NCBI GenBank assembly: GCA_964479235.1
Contig: CAYZLB010000001.1
Span: 1-57,948, forward strand
Source of the DNA: an uncultured Desulfohalobiaceae bacterium
Lineage (GTDB): Bacteria; Desulfobacterota; Desulfovibrionia; Desulfovibrionales; Desulfothermaceae
DNA length: 57,948 nucleotides
Direction of reading: 5' to 3'
This document shows, piece after piece, positions 50,172 through 57,948 of the stretch. Below the pieces are notes generated by a model. The model was not told where the DNA came from and did not search any database. It worked only from the letters and a program-made list of their open reading frames with translations. Every line of letters begins with the position of its first letter. The stretch's first letter is position 1. The translations under genes were made by a program, and so were the position numbers.

Positions 50172-51638
50172 TTAGAAGTCGTAGGACAGACCGAAGGTGC
50201 AACGATAGACGTCGTCGTCCTTATAGTCGTCGCGCCAGACATCTTCGTCCATGTCCAGAGTAGCATAGTCAAGTTCTAAAACTGCCTTCAGATTCTCATA
50301 GATCTGATAGTAGTTGTAAAAGGTCATTTCTATTGACTCGTCCTCTGTTGTCAATTTGGTGAACCGGTAATCGCCATCGTCCATTTCGGCAGCTGTTTTA
50401 CCATTTGACAGGACTTCTGTAAAAGCATCCTCATCATTTGTGCCCTGAGAGTAGGCGATGGCAAAGGTATGGCTCAGCTTGTCGATAAACTGAATATCCT
50501 TCAGGGCAAACCCCAGGCTCCACACACCGTGCGGTACGTACTGGGCATAGCAATAGTCGCCGTCGCCGAATCCATACATGGTGTTAAAACCCAGGGCTGC
50601 ACCAGCCGGCGGATAGTAGTATCCATCGTTCCACAAGATAGGGAAGGTTTCACTGCCGTCATCAGTGTCGTGATCTTCACCTGAGGAATAATAGAAATAC
50701 AGGGATGGGGTGAACAGATCCATGGCATAATCTACGCTCAGGTCAAAGAAGTATCCTTCTCTATCCAGCATGCTTTGGCCTGCATCCACGGCACCGTAAA
50801 TGAACTGACCATTGATGGACAAGGGATCCAGAAGATTGATGCCAAAAGGCATGCCGACCCAGTAAGCGTCTACATCGTCCTCATATACACCGCTGCCTAT
50901 TGCTTCTCCGGCTATGGTTCCCATTTGAGAACACCAATTGTCGAAATATTCGCCGTATTCATTGTTGTTCATAACACTTTCGCCGATACTGGCATACACA
51001 CCAAAAGGAGTCAGGTTGAAGCCTTCATAGGTGAGGGGCACAGAGGCTACAAAGGCATCGAGTGAGTCGCCGGAAGTGGGAGAATCGTCACTGTCTCCAT
51101 CATTAATGCGGTATTCGTCATCGGAGCGCACGTAGCCAAAGGTAACACTGACCATATCGTTGATTGGGGCATTGATGAATACGCCAGGCATGTCGCCGCC
51201 CAATACCGGGGTGCCCATAGGGCTGCCAGGAGTGGTGTAACCTGCAAGACCGGCTTGGATATACACTTCAGTGTTCGGCCAGTTGAAGTTCAGCTGGGCT
51301 CGTTTGATTTCAATGCCGTCAAAGCCGTCATCTTTGCCGGCAGCGGCATCGTTACCAAAATGACCGCCATCCCAACCCCAGCCGTTGTCAATTTCATAAG
51401 CTACCTGGGCAGTGAGGTTCTCGTTGGCGCTGTACTCAAAATACTGACGCACACGTTGATAAATCATGTGGTCGTCTGATTTTCTGTCTTCATCAAAACC
51501 AAAATTGTTCACAAAGGAAACTGCCGCCCGGTAGTAACCGTATGAGCTGAACTGGGAGAGATTCTGCCGGGCAAAGGAAAATCCGGCAGTTCCCAGGACC
51601 ATGGCTGCGCTGAGCAGTCCCAAGACCAATTTCTTCAT
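50172..51638 (-). CDS. Outer-membrane porin (Desulfovibrio homotrimeric porin type)
   Basis: Signal peptide; QRVRQYFEY..NENL...EID..WG; amphipathic beta strands; C-terminal SYDF; AGGAGG RBS. Confidence 0.88.
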   Translation of the reverse strand: MKKLVLGLLSAAMVLGTAGFSFARQNLSQFSSYGYYRAAVSFVNNFGFDEDRKSDDHMIYQRVRQYFEYSANENLTAQVAYEIDNGWGWDGGHFGNDAAAGKDDGFDGIEIKRAQLNFNWPNTEVYIQAGLAGYTTPGSPMGTPVLGGDMPGVFINAPINDMVSVTFGYVRSDDEYRINDGDSDDSPTSGDSLDAFVASVPLTYEGFNLTPFGVYASIGESVMNNNEYGEYFDNWCSQMGTIAGEAIGSGVYEDDVDAYWVGMPFGINLLDPLSINGQFIYGAVDAGQSMLDREGYFFDLSVDYAMDLFTPSLYFYYSSGEDHDTDDGSETFPILWNDGYYYPPAGAALGFNTMYGFGDGDYCYAQYVPHGVWSLGFALKDIQFIDKLSHTFAIAYSQGTNDEDAFTEVLSNGKTAAEMDDGDYRFTKLTTEDESIEMTFYNYYQIYENLKAVLELDYATLDMDEDVWRDDYKDDDVYRCTFGLSYDF

Positions 51639-51877
51639 AACCCACCTCCTTGTACAAGACCTGTTGCATGTTGATCTGACGCCTCGTCAAAATATTTATA
51701 CCAAGCCTTAAAAAATTGCAAGCAAAAAACGGCCAAAAGTACAAAAAATTTTACAGAGCAAAATATTGTACTTTGTCCGCTTTGCCTCCGGAAAATCTGA
51801 CTTGACAACAATCTTCCCAGTGTTACCCATACAAAGAATACGCGATATGGATAGTCATTGAAAATGGAGGATGCTGT

Positions 51878-52405
51878 ATGCAGGGGAAAAAAATAGTGTG
51901 GCTGTCCGTTTGCCTGGCTGGATTTGTTTTTGCAGTTGGTTGCGCTTCGTTGGGTCAGTTGGGAAAGAAAACGCAACTTTACCCGGCAACCCTGGGAATA
52001 GATATAAGCATCGATCAGTTGCGCCAAAATGCGCAGTCGTATGATGTGTATTACTCCGGGCCCAAATACAATCCCTCAGCCATTTTATTTGTTCCTCCGG
52101 ATACCTCTGGATTGGAACTTCGTTTGGACAAGGACTGGAAAGAGGTGGCCCCAGGACCAGACTTAGGTGATCTGTTCTGGAAGATAGAGATGGGGAATCC
52201 GAACCAGGTCAAACTTTGGGTCGTGGTCCCTCCAGATGAAGAGATGCAATCAGCTGAAAATGCTATGGCCTTTATTTATACCAAGGTTTATGCATCGTTA
52301 CAAACAATAAGTGAAAATACGTATAAGCTGCGGTCAATCCCGGAACAATTTAATCCCACCTATCACGATGGAAGTTCGTCATTTGACCGGGGATGGAATT
52401 ACTAG
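51878..52405 (+). CDS. Hypothetical lipoprotein
   Basis: Basic N-terminus, hydrophobic core and lipobox AVGC; GGAGG RBS. Confidence 0.75.
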   Translation: MQGKKIVWLSVCLAGFVFAVGCASLGQLGKKTQLYPATLGIDISIDQLRQNAQSYDVYYSGPKYNPSAILFVPPDTSGLELRLDKDWKEVAPGPDLGDLFWKIEMGNPNQVKLWVVVPPDEEMQSAENAMAFIYTKVYASLQTISENTYKLRSIPEQFNPTYHDGSSSFDRGWNY

Positions 52406-52570
52406 TTGTCCTGTATCCCTTTGAGTATCCCGGTTCTTCGGACACGGCGTATGAAATTTTGAGGTTTGCCGTATAATTTGTGTGCAATCAGCGAAAAATA
52501 CGCACATTTTCTAGTGGTCCGGATGAATGTTTTTGATGGGAACGATTCCCTGGATTACCGCAAACTCCTC

Positions 52571-52835
52571 TCCGTCATTGCCCGGCCGTTATTGGGCGAA
52601 TACATCGGAATCATTCGTGTCACGCGGGACGCGTGACAATCCAAGGGAAAGGCCAACTGCTCAGCGAGAAACTACTAAAAAATTAGAATGTTGGCTTTTG
52701 AACCTGAGTCTGAGAAGCCCTGGAGTCCCTCCTTCGCGACAATGACTGAGGTCAGAATAAGCAAGTTATGTACACTAGATTGCCCGGCACGCTTGGTATC
52801 GAAGTGATCAAGCAGCCCGGCCGGGCAATGACGGA
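52571..52835. repeat. Inverted doublet of REP-like units (REPIN/MITE-like, 265 bp)
   Basis: Perfect 18-bp terminal inverted repeats TCCGTCATTGCCCGGCCG (52571-52588) and CGGCCGGGCAATGACGGA (52818-52835). Confidence 0.75.
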
Positions 52836-53185
52836 AAAGTCAAAAGCCGTGACGTTAACTTGAGCAGCTAAAGAAAATACGCAAGACGAGTCTCGACAGT
52901 CAAAAGTTCTTACATAGTTAGTTGTTTTTGTTGACGATTATCGAAGGCCAACCCGGAAATATACAATATCATCCTATCACATTGATTTTATTTTTATAAC
53001 CGTGAACCTGGAACCATGAACACGCAAGATTATCTTGATTGCAAACGAGAATGAGCATATCCCATACACGGTGACAATTCTGGGTAAAACCAGTCCATAG
53101 GCCAGGCATGGAAAATACCTGGCCAAGAGCGTAACACAAATATATACGGCAACGCTCGTGACCAAGATCCCATGCAGTGAGTGAT

Positions 53186-53219
53186 GAAAAGGCCTGTCGC
53201 TATAGCGGCAGGCCTTTTC
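53186..53219. terminator. Terminator after the FG-GAP protein gene
   Basis: GAAAAGGCCTGTCGC-TATA-GCGGCAGGCCTTTTC hairpin. Confidence 0.75.
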
Positions 53220-53221
53220 GT

Positions 53222-54961
53222 TCATTTTTTGAGGGGAAAAGAAAGGATATCGGTTGTCCCTCCGCCTTTGAAGACTCCGCCTTTTTGGGAGGCAACCAGG
53301 AAGGCCCGGTCATTGTCCAGGGTGAATCCCTGGATGCTGCCATCGATTATCCCGCCAAGGGTGCCGTGTTCAAAACGTCCGTTTTGGTAATTGATCACCA
53401 GCAGCTGACTCTGTTTCGCCCCTGTGTCTCCAGTCAAAGAACCAAACAGGTCTTGGGCAAAGGTGGAAACCAGAACTTCTGGTCTGCCGTCCTGGTCAAT
53501 GTCCCGGACCAATGGCGGCAATTCAAAGGTAACTCTATCTGAGATCCTGTTTTGGACTGATGTATTTTTATCGTACAGCAGGGCCGATAAACTGCCTCCG
53601 ACCGGGGCAGATGATTTGTACAGGGCCTGGGTCCCGTCAAAGATAAACAAGATATTGTTTGCAATGCACAGTGTTTCCATTTCCCCGTCACCGGTGACAT
53701 CGGCAAAGGAACTCCCTGTTACCTGAAACAGTCGGGGCAGGGGGAAGCCGGTTGGGGTCCAATCCAAGGAATCCTGTTCTAATCTCCCTTCCCATACCCT
53801 GGTTCCAAAGATTTTATTATGGTCATAGGCTTGGGCCAGAAGCGTTTCCGGTTTTTGATCCCCGGTACGGTCAAAGGACGCCAGCAGTTTGGAGATTCGG
53901 TCCTGTACACAGCGGAGATTTTCCCCGGTGTAGGCAAACACAGCACTCTGCATCCGGTCATCAGACCAGATATTGGCCAGGATATAGGTTTGAGCCGTAT
54001 CCTCAGGTGTCCACCAGGACAAGGAGAGGACCTGGCCTGGATAGTCGGTTTGACCTGAGGCTATGACCTGCATCCCCTCGGAGAGATGGGCAACCTGTAA
54101 TTTCTTGCCGTCGCTGGAGGCCATCAACAGACCGTCTTCTGTTGTCAAAAAGTCGGCCATAACCGTGGGGTGTTTTAGATTGGCCACTGTCTCCAGCTGG
54201 CTGAAGCGTTCCTGATAGGCCACGCCTGCTTCAACTCCGGTTTGGCTGGAAGGAGGAGGGACCAACGGTTGGGTTTGGGGGGTGATTACTTCTCCTGTTC
54301 CGGATGATTGCTCCAGATCCTGTACTGCGTAAGTCTCAATGAGCTCAAAAGAAGGTCCCCGGACCAAGAGTTCGCCGGGCTCAAGGATGAAATACAACAT
54401 GTCTCCAGGCTGGTCCTCAATGGGTTCCGGCCGATTTGGCTGGACTGCTTGAGCCTTTTGGAAGGGCATCCACCGCAAATGCGGCAATGCCTCCCGCAGG
54501 TCCTGGAACAACGGTTCATTATTCTCGTCCGTGTAGTCCCAAAAAACAGCTCGTAAATTTTCGAAGCGCTGAACAGGTTGGCCAGGGGTGATCTGCGCCT
54601 TTTTGAGCACGGATCGGGTAAAGGAAAAGCCATCGGCGATTTGCCCGACGATGAGGACAGCCTGCAAGCTGTGTGTTGTTCCCAGGACCTTTTTGGTCTT
54701 AGGGTGGATGATTTTTTGTCCTGGTTCTGAAATGGTGAACACATCCCCGGGCTCAATTCCATCTGCGGCATCCAGGTCGATGAGGACCTGATCTTGGTTC
54801 GTTCCCACCACGGTTCCGGTAATGGGCTGAAAATCTTTGGCCACGAGCTGAATAGGCGCAGCTTGTACCGAAATGGCCAGACAAAAGAAAATGAGGGTCA
54901 TAAAACCGAGTGTCCACAATGGGATCCACAAGGTGCTGCGCGGGGCAAATGGTTGGGTCAT
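53222..54961 (-). CDS. Exported protein with FG-GAP/VCBS-like Ca-binding repeats
   Basis: Signal peptide ending VQA; repeats FDRTGDQKPE, ADVTGDGEME, RDIDQDGRPEV; N-terminal VLIDL....GI.PGD.F domain. Confidence 0.75.
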   Translation of the reverse strand: MTQPFAPRSTLWIPLWTLGFMTLIFFCLAISVQAAPIQLVAKDFQPITGTVVGTNQDQVLIDLDAADGIEPGDVFTISEPGQKIIHPKTKKVLGTTHSLQAVLIVGQIADGFSFTRSVLKKAQITPGQPVQRFENLRAVFWDYTDENNEPLFQDLREALPHLRWMPFQKAQAVQPNRPEPIEDQPGDMLYFILEPGELLVRGPSFELIETYAVQDLEQSSGTGEVITPQTQPLVPPPSSQTGVEAGVAYQERFSQLETVANLKHPTVMADFLTTEDGLLMASSDGKKLQVAHLSEGMQVIASGQTDYPGQVLSLSWWTPEDTAQTYILANIWSDDRMQSAVFAYTGENLRCVQDRISKLLASFDRTGDQKPETLLAQAYDHNKIFGTRVWEGRLEQDSLDWTPTGFPLPRLFQVTGSSFADVTGDGEMETLCIANNILFIFDGTQALYKSSAPVGGSLSALLYDKNTSVQNRISDRVTFELPPLVRDIDQDGRPEVLVSTFAQDLFGSLTGDTGAKQSQLLVINYQNGRFEHGTLGGIIDGSIQGFTLDNDRAFLVASQKGGVFKGGGTTDILSFPLKK

Positions 54962-55035
54962 GCGATCAACCTCCAGAATGTGGTGATGGGACTCTGTCTC
55001 ATAAGGGAATAAAATGGGCTTTCAGGAGCATATAC

Positions 55036-55081
55036 AATACCAAAAGGGACAGGGCAAGCTTGCCCTGTCCCTTTTGGTATT
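55036..55081. terminator. Terminator after the second porin
   Basis: Perfect palindrome AATACCAAAAGGGACAGGGCAAG|CTTGCCCTGTCCCTTTTGGTATT. Confidence 0.8.
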
Positions 55082-55097
55082 CGGCGATACGGCTTTT

Positions 55098-56588
55098 TTA
55101 AAATGTATACCGGATCCTCATGTCTGAGCGCCAGATGTCCTCATCTGAATCTCCGTCTTGTTCCCTTTCGAAATAGTCCATGGCATCGCCTGCGGCCAGA
55201 TAGCCGGCGTTCCAAGCCAATTCAACGTTTTCAAACAGCTGGTACTTGATATATGCGTCAGCTTCCACGCCCAGCTCGTCATCGGACGCCTTTTCTCCGG
55301 TCAATGCTGTCTCATACTCAACATCTTCGGAGGTCATCATGTACATTCCGGCCAGGCCGACTTGCAATTTTTCGTTCACTTGAAAGTCCCAGGCCAGCTT
55401 GTTCATGATAAACCCGCGGTCCAGGATGTAGTGCCGTTCGGTGAAGTAGTTGTCGCTGGCATAGCCGCCTTCCATGAGGACGATGCTGTCTTTGCGGTCG
55501 ATGTCCGTGGCCATGAAGGCGTCGAAATCGTCGTCATCGGGATCATCATCACCTGATGTGTACCAGAAGGTATAAGTGAAGGTGTGCTTATTCCAGTTCA
55601 TACCCAGATCCAGGTGAGCAAAGTAAGCGGAGACATCATAGTCTTTGGTATCCAAGTCAAGATCATCAAATTCGACGTCCCTAAAACGCATGTCGTTGAG
55701 GTCATTCAAGCTGGCATACTGGAGGCGATCGATGCTTCCGGTCTGATACATAGCATCCCAATTGATGAAGAAAGGATTAAAGCTCATTGAACCGTCCAGA
55801 CCAAAAGTGGCCAGACTAATGTCAGCGCTCACTCCCTCGGACCCGAAATTTTTGAATTCATAAGAAGTCGGAGTCAGTCCGTAATTCAACTCATCACCAA
55901 ACTCATCCCATTGGTCATCGTCAGGATCGTCGGTGTCCTGCCATTGGAACAGACCGAACAGGCCGACATTGAAGTTATCGACCCCTTTGTAGTCCAATCG
56001 GGCGTAGATTGAATCCTGGTCGTCAAAGAGGTCTTCATCATCATTAGATGCAACATTTGCTTCATAGCCTCGAAGCCAGCCCAGTTGATAGTCGAAGACA
56101 CCGGCGGCACCTTGTAAGGTGACGCCACCGATGGTTTCCTTCCATAGAAAGGGGTTGATGTTGATCGGCTGCAGCCCCATACGCATTCTGGACTCTTGTT
56201 CTACAAAAGGAAGCTGAAAATCGAAATACCCCCAGCGGACTTCCATTTGGACTTCATCTCCAGAATAGTCCATCTTGTCGTCTTCACCAAAGCGCAGTCC
56301 CCCAACCTCGGTTGCGAACACACCCTTGTAATCCCCGTCATCGCTGGCCGCCTCAAACCAGAACCTATACTTGATCTCCCCGAAGTTGTCGTAGACGTCG
56401 TCATCGTCAAGTCGTCCTGTTTGCCCTCCCCCATCATGAATCCAATCGTTGTGATTCGTTCCCAAAAGAAAACGATGGTCCATGTCTCCATGAAAGTCGA
56501 AGTTTACAGCCATGGCCGGTGCTGCGTTGAGCACGAGCAAAATTCCACAGACCAAAAACCCAATCCCTAATAACCTTCCGTGGTGCAT
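55098..56588 (-). CDS. Outer-membrane beta-barrel porin, very acidic
   Basis: Signal peptide ending AMA; amphipathic strands; WYTSGDD motif; C-terminal RYTF; GGAGGAGG RBS. Confidence 0.85.
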   Translation of the reverse strand: MHHGRLLGIGFLVCGILLVLNAAPAMAVNFDFHGDMDHRFLLGTNHNDWIHDGGGQTGRLDDDDVYDNFGEIKYRFWFEAASDDGDYKGVFATEVGGLRFGEDDKMDYSGDEVQMEVRWGYFDFQLPFVEQESRMRMGLQPININPFLWKETIGGVTLQGAAGVFDYQLGWLRGYEANVASNDDEDLFDDQDSIYARLDYKGVDNFNVGLFGLFQWQDTDDPDDDQWDEFGDELNYGLTPTSYEFKNFGSEGVSADISLATFGLDGSMSFNPFFINWDAMYQTGSIDRLQYASLNDLNDMRFRDVEFDDLDLDTKDYDVSAYFAHLDLGMNWNKHTFTYTFWYTSGDDDPDDDDFDAFMATDIDRKDSIVLMEGGYASDNYFTERHYILDRGFIMNKLAWDFQVNEKLQVGLAGMYMMTSEDVEYETALTGEKASDDELGVEADAYIKYQLFENVELAWNAGYLAAGDAMDYFEREQDGDSDEDIWRSDMRIRYTF

Positions 56589-56635
56589 ACCTTCCTCCTC
56601 CTAAAAAATTAAGGTGATAAGAATACCCATGAATA

Positions 56636-56650
56636 GCAAGAAAAATGCCA
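56636..56650 (-). promoter_or_regulatory. Sigma54 (-24/-12) promoter of the second porin
   Basis: Minus strand TGGCATTTTTCTTGC matches TGGCA-N6-TTGC with canonical GG-N10-GC spacing, about 50 nt before the start codon. Confidence 0.75.
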
Positions 56651-56879
56651 CGTACAAAAAGTATACTCGAGGTCCGTGGGGCTGAAGCGGTAAAAAAAAT
56701 TGTACTGCAATATCAAAGCAGTGAAAAAGACTGACTCAGATTCCAGAAACATAAGACAAGGATTGTGTTGCTAAGTATTTAAACAACTGTTGTTAAGGCT
56801 TGATAGGTGTGAGGGCTACATGAGCTGTTTTTTTATCAGAGCGCATTGACTTGTAACTCGGCTGTCCACCTACACTGGT

Positions 56880-57158
56880 CTACGTCTCCAGGGAAATCTT
56901 AATTTTACTGCCCGTAGCCAGGGCGTATCTTTTCAGACTCCTAAGGGTTGGCAATGGTTTGCCCGACTCCATCCGGACTACAGCTGATTGGGTAGTGCCC
57001 ATACGTCTGGCTACTTCTTCCTGGGTAAGGCCGATCCTGGTCCTTGCCTGAATAAGCTCCCTGGCTATATTGAACTCTTCTTCCAGGTCCTGGTAGTGTT
57101 TTGCATATTCAGGATCATTCATCAGTTCCAGATGCTTTTGGTGTATGGTTTGAGCCAT
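56880..57158 (-). CDS. XRE-family HTH antitoxin (HigA-like)
   Basis: DPEY...Y..LEEEF.IARELIQAR...GLTQEEVARRMGTTQSAVVRMESG..PTL; GAGG RBS before MAQT. Confidence 0.88.
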   Translation of the reverse strand: MAQTIHQKHLELMNDPEYAKHYQDLEEEFNIARELIQARTRIGLTQEEVARRMGTTQSAVVRMESGKPLPTLRSLKRYALATGSKIKISLET

Positions 57159-57159
57159 T

Positions 57160-57275
57160 GTGTACCTCATGTGCCCTGATTTTAGCTGTCTCCAACTCCT
57201 TTTTGGGAAATTTTTGTGACTTTTTGATGAAGCTTTTTTGCCATGAGCGGTCACATACAAACATCGCCCCTGCGT
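57160..57275 (-). pseudogene. C-terminal remnant of a RelE/HigB (Gp49-like) toxin
   Basis: GRCLYVTAHGKK in one frame, then SFIKKSQKFPKKELETAKIRAHEV in another, overlapping the antitoxin start; 5' part absent. Confidence 0.7.
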
Positions 57276-57295
57276 CAATATGGAAAGGAGATTCT

Positions 57296-57948
57296 ATGAG
57301 ACGTTGTCGTTCCTTGAGTTTGACCTTGATTGTGCTGCTTTTTCCAACCTTACTCCTGGCCGCCCCGAAAGCCGATCTATGGGAGTATTGGGATGAGCAC
57401 AATCCCAATTCAACTATGACCGTGGACCACAGTGCATGGACCACCTTCTTGCAGAGCTATGTGACCCAAGACCCGAAAGGGATCAACAGGTTCGATTATC
57501 AGTGGGTCACAGCCCAGGATCGCAGCAACCTGGACAGCTACCTGGACGAACTGACGGCCACTAAGGTCAGATCAATGTCCAAAGAGACTCAGAAACCGTT
57601 TTGGATCAACCTTTACAACGCCCTCACCATTCAGGTTGTCTTAGATCATTATCCTGTGGATTCCATCAAGGATATCGACATCTCCCCGGGATTCTTTTCC
57701 TCCGGCCCATGGGACAAGAAACTGGTGACCATCGAGGGCCAGGAGCTGTCCCTCAACGACATAGAGCACCGGATTCTCCGGCCCCTTTGGAAGGATCCCC
57801 GGATTCACTACGCTGTCAACTGCGCCTCCATGGGTTGCCACAACCTCCAGAGAAAAGCCTTCACGGCCGAGAACACAGATAACCTCCTGGACAAGGCGGC
57901 CAATACGTCCCCGGCACCATGCATGAGATCCTGCTCCGGGTCCGGAAC
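57296..57948 (+). CDS. DUF547-family exported protein (open at the window end; absent from the ORF track)
   Basis: AAGGAG RBS; manual translation MRRCRSL...VDHSAW...FWINLYNALTI...LSLNDIEHRILR...DPRIHYAVNCASMGC; no stop codon before 57948. Confidence 0.88.
   Translation, partial: MRRCRSLSLTLIVLLFPTLLLAAPKADLWEYWDEHNPNSTMTVDHSAWTTFLQSYVTQDPKGINRFDYQWVTAQDRSNLDSYLDELTATKVRSMSKETQKPFWINLYNALTIQVVLDHYPVDSIKDIDISPGFFSSGPWDKKLVTIEGQELSLNDIEHRILRPLWKDPRIHYAVNCASMGCHNLQRKAFTAENTDNLLDKAANTSPAPCMRSCSGSG

Noticed and set aside
51722..51735. Sigma54 promoter for the first porin (TGGCCGTTTTTTGC on the minus strand)
   Set aside because: GG-to-GC spacing is 9 nt rather than the required 10, so it was not called as a feature.
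52527..53225. Short ORFs 52527-52745 and 52977-53225
   Set aside because: They run through REP or terminator hairpins and show no convincing RBS or recognisable motifs.
6892..56588. Numerous 60-290-aa antisense or alternative-frame ORFs in the track (e.g. 24741-25604, 30260-31111)
   Set aside because: They are shadows of well-supported genes on the other strand or frame, with no motifs of their own.
1..57948. CRISPR array for the type III module
   Set aside because: No run of 25-40-bp direct repeats with unique spacers was found by eye in any intergenic region; the REP-like units are inverted and dispersed.

Overview
A 58 kb chromosomal window from a sulfate-reducing deltaproteobacterium. 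Gene content and order point to Desulfovibrionales, possibly a halophilic lineage given the very acidic porins; this is inference. Most of the window is housekeeping: rnj, plsC, EF-G paralog, selB, tRNA-His, murA, argB, cooS, gpsA, ahbB-hemL, ubiE/menG, holB, purA, purH-like, RNase II family, plsY, EndoQ-UvrD fusion, polA, argC, prepilin peptidase and two porins. The standout is a compact three-gene minus-strand type III-like CRISPR effector operon at 356-5394. It encodes a 1071-aa protein with three fused Cas7/RAMP domains and a large helical insert, a 292-aa Zn-finger protein that looks like a shrunken Cas10 without HD or GGDD, and a Cas6. This resembles, from memory, the rare Cas7-11-like subtype III-I architecture. 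No CRISPR array, cas1/cas2 or CARF/protease ancillary gene is visible in the window. An internally deleted ISAs1-family element sits directly upstream of the operon. Other notable signals are a cytochrome c3 remnant fused in frame behind hemL with TGA at a heme-ligating Cys position, an in-frame 15x7-bp repeat insertion in holB, a silent partial porin copy, two antitoxins that have lost their toxins, and a dispersed family of palindromic CGTC-tagged repeats. All calls come from motif recognition by eye; no searches were run.
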